From positions 868,001 to 932,000 of the forward strand of contig CM074821.1 in the NCBI GenBank assembly GCA_037447605.1: a stretch of 64,000 nucleotides of DNA, read 5' to 3'. Positions 23,251-35,364 of the stretch are shown piece by piece. This DNA is from Zygnema circumcarinatum SAG 698-1b (Eukaryota > Plantae > Zygnematophyceae). Below the pieces are notes generated by a model. The model had not been told where the DNA came from. It searched no databases and saw nothing but the letters and a program-made list of their open reading frames with translations. Every line of letters starts with the position of its first letter. The stretch's first letter is position 1. The position numbers and the translations under genes were made by a program.

Positions 23251-26200
23251 TGTTGAAGCAGGGGTTTGCTCCCCACTTCCGGCGCCACCTCGGGTGTCGC
23301 CCTCCATTGGAACTTGAGTTCCCATGGATGAAGACATTCAAACACTCAAAGCTCTATCTTACTTCACTCATCGCCCATAACAACAGAATGAAGCTACAAG
23401 ACAAGCACAGCGGAAATCACAATGAGAGAGTGTTAGGAGAAAGCTCACGGCTCTAAAACTCCTTATAATAAAACTGTCTTCCCACAATGAAGTTCTCCCA
23501 CTACTTCAAGGTCCCTCTCACTCACTACCTCACGACACAAGTGTAGGCAGCCTAGCAGCACGAGCAGGCACAGAATAAGACCCGAGACTATGACAAAGTA
23601 GTGTGGGTGGGTTACTTCCCATAATAAAACTATGCACTATATAATATGGCGTCCNNNNNNNNNNCCGCCATTGCAAACCCATGCACTGAGTCTGAGTGGG
23701 CGCACTCAGGAATAGCGACCGGCTAGCTGCCTCGTAAACCTACGGCAGCGCCGACCTAGTTCTTGTCGGCTCGTACACCTGTCCGTACAGTTTCGCCGTT
23801 TCGCCAGCGCTCCTTCCCAGTCTTCGCCCGCCGACACCTCGGCCGTACACTCGAACTCGCGGACCCACATTGCGAGTGGTCCACGTGGCGCATTCCGGTT
23901 CGCCGCCAAATATCTTCTATGTCGTTTCCGCGCCGCAACTTTGCGCTCCGCGTTTCGCGCCCGCGCCGCGACCAATCAAAGTTGCGCGTCCGTTCTCCGC
24001 GCACATGTGTCAGCGCCGCGTCCAATCAGCGCCGCTCGTTCGTACTCCGCGCACTCGCGGCGCACTCACCTGAGTCAGAGCACCGACATTCCTAAATCTA
24101 AGAGCACTACGCCTAGCAGATCTCATGTTCTACAAACTGAGTACCACAACAAGTTAGTGTGTGCCATACAATGTCTAACTATCATACACTAACACTAACA
24201 ATCCCCCTCTTGGGACTCAGTTCCTCATGGGCCCTAGCCCAATCAATCTGCTGTTCACTAGTAGTGTCTCCCCACTGACCCCTTTGGTCAACATGTCTGC
24301 AGCCTGCTCTTTTGTTCCTACAAACTTCACCACTATCATCCCTTCCTCTACCAACTCTCGCACATAATGATATTGCACCCTAATGTGCTTGGTTCTCTTA
24401 TGAAACACAGGGTTCTCCATGAGGGCTATAGATGACTGGTTGTCCGTAAAAAGAGTCAATGGTGTTTGTGGTTGCTTACATTCATCAAAGAAATGTTGGA
24501 ACCACATCCCCTCCTTCGCTGCATGGCACGCTCCCATGTACTCTCCTTCGGTGCTCGACAGCGCCACCGAATCTTGTAACTTCGAGCTCCATGAGATCGC
24601 GCCTCCTCCGTTCAGGAACACAAATCCTGACGTCGATCGTGACGTGTCCACATCACCTCCCCAATCAGAGTCGGTGTACCCGATCACTCTGGTTGGCCCC
24701 CTTTCAAATCTGAGACCGTAATCCAAGGTCCCTTTCACGAATCTGAAAATCCGCTTCACGGCCTCCCAATGTTCAGGACCGGGATTCTCCATGAACCGAC
24801 TTGCTGAGCTCACGGCTTTTGCCAAGTCAGGACGAGTACCTATCATCAGATACATTAAACTCCCGATTGCCGATCTGTACGGCACTCCGTACATTCTCTG
24901 TACCTCCGCATCTGTCGCCGGCATCATATCTCTCGACAATCGCATTCCGATCTCCATCGGACTCGAACAAGGACGGCACTCCTCCATTTTGAACCTGGCA
25001 AGTATATCTGCGGCGTACTTCTTCTGACAAAGAAATAAGCTACCGTCCTGCCCCCTCTTCAACTGCATTCCTAGGAGATACTGCGCCTCCCCTAGATCCG
25101 ACATTTTGAAGTTAGCTTCCAAAAGCTGCTTCAAATCATTGATTCTCTCCAATGAGAGGCTCACCATTATGAGGTCGTCCACGTAGATCCCAACGTACAT
25201 GAGATCCGCCTCTTCTCCTTGTCGGTACACGGAATGATCCGTCTCGAATCGCGCAAATCCGTTACTCCGCAGGAGGTCATCAATTTTCTCGTACCAAATC
25301 CTGGGCGCCTGTTTCAGTCCGTACAGACTCTTCACAAGACGACAAACGAGATGCTCCTGCCCCGGGACAACTTTCCCTTCGGGCTGTACCATGTAGATCT
25401 CCTCAGCGAGATCTCCGTACAGAAACGCGGTCTTGATATCGAGTTGATGTACGTGCATCCCCTCGGCTGCTGCAATCGATATTAGGGCACGGAGGGAGTT
25501 GAACTTCACCACGGGGGCGAAGGTCTCCGTGTAGTCGATTCCGTACGCCTGGCTGAAGCCCTTCGCCACCAGCCGCGCCTTGTAACGGTCGACACTCCCG
25601 TCCGCCTTTCGCTTCACCTTGAACACCCACTTGCATCCAATGGCCCTCCTTCCCCTCGGCAGCTCCTCAAGTCGCCACGTGCCGTTCTCCAGCAAACTGT
25701 CCCACTCGCTGTCGATCGCTGCTCGCCACTTCTCTCCATCGACCCGTCGTCGGCTTCCTCAAAGGTTTGCGTTCGGTGATCATAAAAACAAAGGCAGCCC
25801 TCGCAGGTCCGGCCACCGAAGTCCTGTAGTGCACTCTTCCCCTGCACTAGGTTATTCAAGGAAGGCCTCAGATGACCAGCCTCCTCACCACACGGGTGCG
25901 CTCCTCCGGGAGGTCCTTGGCGCTTCCCTCCCGGGCCTCGTGTGTTGAAGAAAATCCCGGGACAAACCGGGAGGCATGCTTCGACAACATAGCCTCTCTC
26001 GGCCCGTCTCAAATCCTCGGACTCCTGCCCATGCAAAGTACGATTTCGTGAGTTCTCACCTCGTCAGGGCCAGTGAGTGTGTATTGGTGCGTCTCGTCGT
26101 CGAGGTTGCGGCTCCCGCTTCGCGGCTCCTCGGAGTTCAACTCCACGGCACGCCTCCGTTCGGCGTTGCTTCGGCTTCGGCTCCCTGCGCTCTCGAGCGT

Positions 26201-29200
26201 CTTGATCTCCTCTGGCTGGGGACTGGCGTCCGCCTTCCCATTTGGTCTCCTCATCCTCCTACACAATTTCAAACACGCCTTTGGGGTGCGGGTCTCACCC
26301 TAGCAGTCACAGCCTTGCTCGTCCACCGTAGCGTCTCTCGAGCTGCGCGCCGTTTGCTCGAGGGTTCACCACCCACCCGGTAGATGCGTATCCCATGTTG
26401 TAGCCGAGAAGGTACCCTTCGACGGCTCGGGGGTCGAACTTTCTCTTCTGCCTCTCTTTCGGCACTGTCGACCAGCAGCGCGCTCCAAAGGTCTTCAAGT
26501 GGGACACCGTGGGTTTCCTCCCACTCCACACCTCTTCAGGAACCTGATCCTTAAGCATAGAAGATGGGCATCTATTTCTAAGGTAAGTGGCGGTCATCAC
26601 CCCCTCTCCCCAAAAGGATGCCGGAAAGGGGGAATCTATCAGCATGGTTCGCGCCATGTCCCCCAACGTCCTATTGACCCTCTCAGCAGCTCCATTACTT
26701 TGAGGGGAGTAAGGGGCAGAAAATTCATGCCTTATTCCGCGAGCCTTCAAGTACCCGCCGAACTCCGTCGTCTTGATTTCTCCTCCGTTGTCCGAGCGCA
26801 GCTTCGTCAGTTTCTGACCGCTCTCTCGCTCCATCTGAGTCTGCCAATCTCTGAACGCTCCGAAAGCTTCAGATTTGTACTTGAGAATTTTCACCCAAAT
26901 TTTCCTCGAAAAATCGTCGAGGAAGGTGATGAAGTAGCGAGCTCCTCCACTCGTTGCCGGTGTCACGGGTCCACACAAATCGGTATGAACCAATTCCGGT
27001 TCTCTTCTTGGCGTGAAATGACTCTACCTCTCCCTCCTCGAAAGGTCTCTGATGGCTTTCCCCTCCTACACACTCTTTGCAAAAGCCTAGCTCCTTCTCA
27101 ACTACGTCAACGTCTAACCCGCGGACCAGCCCCTTTGTAGCAAGCTGTTGCAGTCCCCTATGGTTTAGATGACCAAGTCTACGATGCCAAAGATTTACTG
27201 CACCCTCAGTTACAGCCATCACACCCTCATCTTCTTCTCTCCTATAATGAAGGTAATACAGGCCTCCCTTCTCATACCCCTCAAACAGCCGCTTCCCCGA
27301 CTCTAGGTGAGTAGCTACACAAGACTTCTCCTTAAAGGTGACTTCGTACCCCCTCTTACATACTTGACTAACAGACATGAAGTTCTGTTTCAGGTCAGGA
27401 GTATGAAGTACGTCACCGATGCACAACCGCTCTTCTCTTTCTTCTTCGTAGATGATAGAGCCGTCTCCGAGGATCATCTTTCTTACACACACCTCCTTTT
27501 GCCAGCTGTCACTCCTCTCCGGTTCAGAGGTGAGCGGATCTGGTCTACTCAAAGGTGTCCGGTAAGAAACATTAAACTGTCATACACGTAATGGCGTGGA
27601 AGCGCGGAGTCGTCAGCCATGGCGGATCCGCAACTGGATGCTTCCCAACAAAATCGAGAATGTTGATCGGCCTTGAGATTCGTCTCCACCTGCCGCCACT
27701 CTGCGTCGTGCTCTTGGCCTGCGCTTCTTGCATTTAAAGCCGGATTCCCTTGAATCCCTTCTTGACGGATGACGATGCTCCTCCACCCGATCTTGGGTGT
27801 TCTTGTTCTTTATGCCGATCGGCGGTAGCCCGTCTTGCCGCTGGCGTAACCGTAGCTCAGCGGTACGTTCCCCTTGATGCACTCTCGGCACCTCCTCTTA
27901 GAACTTATTATTGATGCGGCGCCAACACCTTCTCCCTCGGTGCCTCCAGCGTCTTGGGCGGTGTTCTCCTCCTTGATCCTCCGTTTCACTTGCTCAAGGG
28001 TCATCACGGTGTTCGTTAGAACAGTCCTAAGAGCTGCAACTGCTACATCAAATCGGCCAGGCAGTCCCCCTAGAAACTGGCTGATTTTATGGTCTCCCTC
28101 TAACGGTTTTTGCAGCGCTATAAATCTCTCCATTAGAGTATCAAATCTGACCATATATTCACTCAGCTTCTCTTCCGAGGACATCTTCATTTTCCCAAGC
28201 TGCGTGTAAAGGCTGACTATCGTTACGTTATCCTTTACATCATACATCTCCTCTAAGCATCTCCACATAGCATGTGAAGTCTTAAGGTCATACAGCATGG
28301 AAGAGGGACTTCCCCTCACGCTCATGACGATCTGGGTGAGGGCCTTGTTGTCCTTGGTCCTCCATCTGGCGAGCGCTGTGTCGAACTCCGACTGCCGCTC
28401 CGCCGTGGCTCCCTCCGGCTGCACCGGTGCCTTGATGGTGCCGTCAACGTACCCCAACAGCCCCTTGCCCNNNNNNNNNNGGAACTTGAGTTCCCACGGA
28501 TGAAGACATTCAAACACTCAAAGCTCTATCTTACTTCACTCATCGCCCATAACAACAGAATGAAGCTACAAGACAAGCACAGCGGAAATCACAATGAGAG
28601 AGTGTTAGGAGAAAGCTCACGGCTCTAAAACTCCTTATAATAAAACTGTCTTCCCACAATGAAGTTCTCCCACTACTTCAAGGTCCCTCTCACTCACTAC
28701 CTCACGACACAAGTGTAGGCAGCCTAGCAGCACGAGCAGGCACAGAATAAGACCCGAGACTATGACAAAGTAGTGTGGGTGGGTTACTTCCCATAATAAA
28801 ACTATGCACTATATAATATGGCGTCCGTGACGTGACACACATGTCACGTGGCGTCGCCATGCACAAACTTCATGCAGCGATGCAGTGGGCGCACCAGTGA
28901 ATAGCCGGCAAGGCTGGCTGCCTCGTAAACTTCTGGCGTATGCGACTGGATAACACAATAAAACAAATGCGCTTTGTCCGTCTGGGTTTGGTTACGCCCC
29001 GGCGCTCCTTCGATCTTAAGCGCGTAGACACCGGTACACGCACCGAACTCGCGGACCCGCATTGCGAGTGGTCAGCGTGGCGCATTCGGTTCGCCCAAAT
29101 ATGTATGTCGTTTTCAGCGCAACTGGCGCTCAGCGTTTAGCGCCCGTAGCGTGACGATCAAAGTTGCGGCGGCGTCGAATTTTCGCGAATCAGCGGCGGC

Positions 29201-29431
29201 GCCGACCAATCAAAGTTGGCGGTAGTTCTCTCCTTACATCAATGTCGTATGCGTCAATCGGCGCCCGGCTTCGTTAAATTACTCAGCGCACTCATGGCAG
29301 CTCACGGTCGAGCGCGACATTCCTAAATCTAAGAGCACTACGCCTAGCAGATCTCATGTTCTACAAACTGAGTACCACAACAAGTTAGTGTGTGCCATAC
29401 AATGTCTAACTATCATACACTAACACTAACA
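23251..29431 (-). mobile_element. Full-length Ty1/copia element D (~6.2 kb) with both LTRs and 5-bp TSD GATGT
   Basis: GATGT at 23246-23250 and 29432-29436; LTRs at 29431-~28481 (gap) and 24200-23251 with TGTTAG...TCAACA termini; PPT at 24201-24210; gag 27810-28470, protease/integrase 26307-27552, RT-RNase H 24217-25695. Confidence 0.95.
24217..25695 (-). CDS. Copia reverse transcriptase-RNase H (intact ~490 aa)
   Basis: GCKWVFKVK, YKARLVAKGF, QLDIKTAFL, SLYGLKQAPR, YVDDL, YTDSDWGG, ALSSTEGEY, TDNQS, KHIRVQYH and ADMLTK motifs. Confidence 0.95.
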   Translation of the reverse strand: MLENGTWRLEELPRGRRAIGCKWVFKVKRKADGSVDRYKARLVAKGFSQAYGIDYTETFAPVVKFNSLRALISIAAAEGMHVHQLDIKTAFLYGDLAEEIYMVQPEGKVVPGQEHLVCRLVKSLYGLKQAPRIWYEKIDDLLRSNGFARFETDHSVYRQGEEADLMYVGIYVDDLIMVSLSLERINDLKQLLEANFKMSDLGEAQYLLGMQLKRGQDGSLFLCQKKYAADILARFKMEECRPCSSPMEIGMRLSRDMMPATDAEVQRMYGVPYRSAIGSLMYLMIGTRPDLAKAVSSASRFMENPGPEHWEAVKRIFRFVKGTLDYGLRFERGPTRVIGYTDSDWGGDVDTSRSTSGFVFLNGGGAISWSSKLQDSVALSSTEGEYMGACHAAKEGMWFQHFFDECKQPQTPLTLFTDNQSSIALMENPVFHKRTKHIRVQYHYVRELVEEGMIVVKFVGTKEQAADMLTKGVSGETLLVNSRLIGLGPMRN

Positions 29432-29472
29432 GATGTGTACGGTCAACTCGATATCTGACGGTATTTGTCGAT

Positions 29473-30278
29473 GGGGGCGACTATTTACAGTGTACGGATT
29501 CTGAATGTAGTGTACGATTTCGCCGGGCAGCAAAAAAATCCTTTTTTGGTTGCCCGGCGCTGTTTCATACTTTTTAGAAGGGGGCGACTATTTACAGTGT
29601 ACGGATTCTGAATGTAGTGTACGATTTCTCCGGGCAGCAAAAAAATCATTTTTTTGGTTGCCCGGCGTTGTTTCATACTTTTTAGAATAGATACAGACCT
29701 TTTTTTGTCGGATGTACGGATAGTGATTTGAAATGTACGAAGCGCTCGCGTCTACAAGGTAGAAGGGCGCAACACGTGGAGCGACATGATTGGTGCGGCA
29801 ACTTATGACGTGACAAGTATGTTTGGGACCGTGACGTGACGAAACGAGACGCGACAAAAGTGGAGTCCGCGGACGGCAGTCGGAAATGGCGGGAATATAA
29901 ACTGACAGATTTTTCCTGAAACACGCTACGTTATGTGCCCTATCTTTCTCTGTCAGTTTTAATTCCGGCCATTTCCGACTGCCGTCCGCGGACTCCACTT
30001 TTTTCACGTCTCGTTTCGTCACGTCACGGTCCCAAACATACTTGCCACGTCATATGTTGCCGCGACCAATCATGTCGCTCCACGTGTTGCGCCCTTATAC
30101 CTTGTAGACGCGCGCGCTTCGTACATTTCAAATCACTATCCGTACATCCGACGAAAAGAGGTCTGTATCTATTCTAAAAAGTATGAAACAGCGCCGGGCA
30201 ACCAAAAAAGGATTTTTTTGCTGCCCGGCGAAATCGTACACTACATTCAGAATCCGTACACTGTAAATAGTCGCCCCC
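29473..30278. mobile_element. Foldback (MITE-like) element with ~330-bp inverted arms plus a 107-bp tandem duplicate of the left end
   Basis: GGGGGCGACTATTTACAGTG... at 29473 and again at 29580; inverse arm ends ...GTCGCCCCC at 30278; short central spacer (~29910-29950); no TSD found. Confidence 0.8.
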
Positions 30279-30288
30279 TTTAAGATTA

Positions 30289-30955
30289 GGAAAATTCTAT
30301 TCTCACACCCTTTTTGTCTACACACAGACCTTTTTTCGCCTGGCAGATCTTAAAATAGTAAAAAAAGATTAATAACAGAAAATGCTCTTTTCACACTTTT
30401 TTTGGAATCGACACACACCCGTTTTCCGTCGGGCAGAGTTTTTTTAAAATCCGCTCGAAGCGCGCCACGAGATCGGTCGCGGCTGTGCGTCCTTCACACG
30501 CGTGGTTAATCTCAGCCGTCGATTCTTTCGTAGATCGCACCACGGCAGATACACCGTTCGATCTGCAGCCGGGCTCGGTCTCAGCGAATGGCACGCGCCA
30601 AGGACCTTTGAGCCGGCTTGTGTGTGACACGTGGGCGCGTGCCATTCGCTGGGACCGAGCCCGGCTGCAGATCGAACGGTGATCTGCCGTGGTGCGATCT
30701 GTGAGACGATCGACGGCTGAGATTAACTGCAAGTGTGAAGGACGCACACCCGCGACCGATCTCGTGGCGGACGGATCTTCCGCTCCGAGCGGATTGTAAA
30801 AAAAATCTGCCCGACGGAAAACGGGTGTGTGCCGATTCCAAAAAAAGTGTGGAAGGAGCATTTTCTGCTGTTAATCCTTTTTTTACTATTGTAAAATCTG
30901 CCCAGCGAAAAAAGGTCTGTGTGTAGACAAAAAAGGTGTGAGAATAGAATTTTCC
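30289..30955. mobile_element. Mutator-type (MULE) foldback MITE, 667 bp, with perfect 9-bp TSD TTAAGATTA
   Basis: TIRs GGAAAATTCTATTCTCACACC... run ~310 bp each; TTAAGATTA at 30280-30288 and 30956-30964. Confidence 0.9.
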
Positions 30956-31327
30956 TTAAGATTATTTTGTATTCTCTGTACCCTGTCTGTACTTTTTTGT
31001 ACTTTGGACGACGTTTTTGTCCCATAGGAGCATTCGAATCTCATCAAAACCCATCTGCAAAAGTCGAAACTGCGAGCCATCCATACATCATTAACCATGC
31101 AAACCCCTAACTGCAAATTTAAGACCACAGCTTCGCTTACATTTTCTGCATTTGACATGCTGTTCATGTCTAACGGCGGATGAAGCAGCAGAGTTCGACT
31201 TCTCTTTCACCCCATGCATGCATTGTGACTAAATCCGGTTCTTTCGTAGAGTTGAGTCGATTCAGATGGGTTCCCTTAACCACGAAGTGCAGCTTTCCCT
31301 GTGGTTTCCATAGCCGCAAGCCAAGGC

Positions 31328-31531
31328 TTACTCACTGGTCCAAGAACTGAAAATTTGGAAATGCAACTCTCTCTTCACCCTTCTTTTCTCGCCCAAAAGC
31401 GAGGCAAAAACGACACACAAGCAGGCACAAGGCCTGTTTTTTGAGTCCTGAGCAGTGACTTTGAGACCAAACTTGTCGTCATATCCTTGTTGGAATTTCA
31501 GAAACTTCTTGCTCGTCGTCGTTGGCGGCAT
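31328..31531 (-). pseudogene. Frameshifted N-terminal remnant of a probable DNA-transposon protein
   Basis: FQQGYDDKFGLKVTAQD and, after a frameshift, VCRFCLAFGRE recall a recurrent (Y/F)GLxV...CxFCxxFGRE motif of transposon-associated proteins. Recognition is from memory and unverified. Confidence 0.3.
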
Positions 31532-32554
31532 TAGAATGGCGGCTGTTAGTGTTATATTAGTTAGTAGTACATAGTTTGTTAGGGCATGTGTTTCTTAAGG
31601 AGTCTAGAAGGGCTAGACGGCAGAGCTAGGGTCGAGCTAGGATCTGGCCGGAGTCCAGAGGTGTGCGTATACCTTTCGTCAGCGGATGACGCTTCGGAGT
31701 TGCAAACCGGAGCGGAAAGTTTGCAACCCACGAAACGAAGTTTTCCACAGTATCGTAACAGCTGCGGGCGCACGCTTGCATTGGCTGGTGCGCATAGTTG
31801 CCAACTATTGGTTCCCGACTTTGCCAACATTGGCAATGGTTGCCAACCGTTGGCCGTCCCCGTACGGAGACATGTTGTCATGTTCGCCGTATGGTCCCCC
31901 CCACGCTGGCAGATTCGCCAAGGCAAATTGTACGGCTATAGTACGGCAGCCGGTCAGAACCCCGCCGTCCGTCCGTCCGCCCGTCCGTCGGACGGTCGGT
32001 CGGTCAGTCGGTCGGTCGGTGGGTCGGTCGGGCCCGGCCCGGGGCCTGGCCTACTTAGGGACACGTGGGGGGCCATACAGTAAAATGGCCCACGTGTTGT
32101 CGTTTCATCGTCCGTACAAAGGCGGTTTGTCGGACTAGCGTGGAGGGCCGCAGGTTGGAGCCGTTCCCGCCAATAAGAACGTGCCACGCGGCGTCGACTT
32201 GGCGCCTCTGACGAAATCATCTCGAAAACAAGAGGAGAAGGATATGCCACGTGGCGTGGTTTGATTGGTGATTGGTGGTGTGGATTTTGCTTTTATTGGG
32301 GTACCGTACGATGAAGCACCCGAAATCTGGAGTGGTCCATGCAACTCCCGTACGGTAGATCATTGGATCAACCATTGGACCAACTATTGGATCAACCATT
32401 GGCAATGGCTGGCAACTATTGAATCCATTGGGCCGAATCAACCATTGACATATTCACGGCCGCTTCGAGGGAGGGCTGCGTTGTTGCGCCGAGGCGTGGC
32501 TTTCCGCTCCCCAGCTTTATTCTTTATCCTTCAGTCCTTTGCGATCAGTTCCTC

Positions 32555-32625
32555 GTGGTTTCCCATGCTGACTTTTTGCATGTACGTATGATGGCATCAT
32601 CGCCATCGTGAGATCAATGCCACAT
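32555..32625 (+). mobile_element. Partial copy of the 593-730 MITE-like family
   Basis: CAGTTCCTCGTGGTTTCCCATG...TGGCATCATCGCCATCGTGAGATCAATGCCA. Confidence 0.6.
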
Positions 32626-32635
32626 CATTGCTATT

Positions 32636-32722
32636 CCAATGGTTGCCAGCCATTCGGCGGCCAACCATTGCCATCCAATGGTTGCCAGCCATTCGGCGGC
32701 CAACCATTGCCATCCAATGGTT
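32636..32722. repeat. 39-bp tandem repeat (~2.3 copies) of an internally palindromic unit
   Basis: CCAAT starts at 32636, 32675 and 32714; each unit contains CAATGGTTG...CAACCATTG. Confidence 0.8.
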
Positions 32723-35364
32723 GTCGATCCCGTCCACGGTCCGCCCGTGCAGGCTCTGTCCCACGTCCTGTCCCCGTACGGACACTTGGACGCGACCGCT
32801 GCGGGCGGGCCGCCAGGTGTCATCCGTGGATTCGGTACCGTACGGTGGTGTGGTACGGCGCCTGCGCCAGTCAGCAAGTTGGGGAGGCGGCGAGACCTGT
32901 TCCGTGCTCCGACGGGCGCGCAGTTCCGAGTTTCGTACGCCCCAGCCGTCCAATCCACAAGCGGATGGGCCCAGCAAAATCGGAGAGGCCGCCGACCCGC
33001 AATTGGCGGACAGCGGAAATTTTCGTTTTCATAAAAAAAAATAATTCGGTGTGGGAGACCAAGAAAAAAAATATTTTCACTAGTGAGAGTCCTATTGGCG
33101 GAACAAAATGTTGACAAGCATTTTCCTGACAGTGGGAATCTCAAAAATGAAAAAGTTTCAAACTTACTAGCATTCTGGTCCCCCGAAGATCGCCCTAAAA
33201 GTCAGAACGGACAAAAAATCCTCTTTGGCCTCTTCCCAAAGGGCGGCCGTACCGCCTCCAGCCTGGCGAATTTCTGACACTTGACCACGTGAGTACCTTC
33301 GCGGAACCTTCCAATGCCTCCTGAGCCGTCCCATCATGCTTCTGGCATCATCGTTCGCACGGGCAGCTTTCCTCTCCAAAACATTCTTTAATACCTGCCT
33401 GGAACGTTATGTGTCATTAAAACAAATATTTAGGCCACTCAAATCGTAGACACGTGTAGTTTATCAGCGACGATTGGTCGGTCAGTTTTCGAGCAGAATT
33501 TCCAAACCGTTTTGTTTCCTGCCCGATACATCGGGCAGCAATGTCATCGCTTTTTTCGCTGCCCGTTCCTGGGCGGTCCCCCCGTTTCCCGCGGCGCCGG
33601 ATCCCAGCGCGCGGAGCGGCCGGGCTGGCGTCATAAATGGCAGGCGGGGGGGAGGGGGTTCCATGTGACGCGAATTTACGGATTCCAGCATGGAACGGCC
33701 CAGTTTCACTGCGGTCTGACACATGGGAAGGCGCCGCCCCCCGTTGGGCTGCGATCCGGGCGGCCGTCAGAACTCAGAAGGCGCCTCTGCGCACAGATTA
33801 GGGTTCCGGCGCTGGGGAGGGAAGGAGGGAGGGAGGGAGAGGCCGAGGGAGAGGGAGAGGGACAGAGGAAGGAAGAGAGGGAGGGCGAGGGGGAGGGAAG
33901 GAGAGGAGCGGGAGGGAGAGGAGAGCGGAGAGGGAGGTGGAGGGGGAGGGGAAGGGAGGAGGGAGGGGAGAGGACGAGGGAAGGGGAGGGATTGAAGTGG
34001 AGATGCTGTGAGCATGGGAGAAGGGGGGCGGGCAGGGAGCGCAGGTGAAGCACTGCCATGGCGGCTGGGAGGTTACGGGGGGGAGAGAAGGCGGATGTCT
34101 GCAGTAGCAGAGTGGTGATTAGGGTTTCGCGGGGGAAGGAGGAAGGGGGAGTAGGTGCGGGAGGGAGAGGCAGAAGGGACGTGCGTCGTCGCTGGAGCCG
34201 CATCTTGATAGTTTGATGCCTTTTAGCATCTGAAAAGTGAGCAAGGAAGACTTTCTGGATGTTTTTACCACATCCGATACCCTTTTTGCATGCAGACGAA
34301 TGTGTGCTTAGGGCTTGGAGTATGTCGAATGAGTTAAGGTCGTGGTAGAGGATGGAGTGATCATGTGTGGGAATCAGGAGGTTGTTCAAGAGCGTTGTGA
34401 GGATGTTAACTCTGGCGATAGAAGGTTGGTGAGAGACCGAGAGAGCGATGGAGCGTGATATGAGATTTGGGAGAGCCCTGTTGCGATGTTTACTGCATGG
34501 ATTCCTATGATTCTCGGAAGGATCACATCAAAAGCGGTTGTGATTTGCCTTTTTTGTTTTTCTCTAGTAATCTGTTGCGGTCTGTTTTACAATAGTTTTT
34601 TCTGAACGCATTCCTTGAAACGAGTTGAGTTGCTCCCCTTTTGTAATGCTTCACAGGGGAGGTCCTTTCTGTTTTGTTTCGTACATGCTTGCCGAATGCC
34701 GTAATAATGCTGCCCTCTCACACTCTCTGTGCCTAAGAATGTATCTGACACTAGGGTCCACATCTCTGAGTTGTCTATTTGTTAGTGCATGTCTGTCTTT
34801 TCTCTCCATGACCTGCTGTAACGTGCATGTGAAACTTCCACTTGATGCGCCTTTTTCCGGTGAACTTTTTTTATCAAATGCAGCTAACAAGCTAAGTCGA
34901 AGTCCCATACATTTCTGTGGGAGGCACTGAGAACTCTGAGTTTAGACAGTGAGCCTGGATGCGATGCACTGCAGTATTTGATTGTGTAGGAGCATGCATG
35001 AAAGTGTGAAGTTTGGATGTGGATTTATTAAAATGATCCGCTTCTGTCTCTCAGCTAACTGTCACTTCATCCGGCTGCTCTGGTTGCAGGGAATATCTGC
35101 AAGCAAGGGAGCTCGAATTTAGCTGACTTGTCAACTCAGCAGCAGGGTTTTTTATTTCGCCGGCGTTCATTATTGTTAGTTGAAGTTTGTAGAATTCAAT
35201 ACAAGGGATTGCTTGAGGTGGCTATACAGTTAATACATCTAGATAATGCAGGTGACTATCTGAGGGACAGTTACCCGAGAACATAGAATTGGCGGGCCCC
35301 TTTCGTCTCGACTCATATCCCTCTAGTGTGAGGGGGGGACCTCAAATTTGGCCCTTTGAAAGGT

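Noticed and set aside
32636-32722. Palindromic 39-bp repeats as a CRISPR-like array
   Set aside because: The units are directly adjacent with no unique spacers.
33706-34389. 227-aa minus-strand ORF upstream of the kinase
   Set aside because: Mostly Pro/Ser/Leu low complexity from the GA-rich leader; no recognisable domain.
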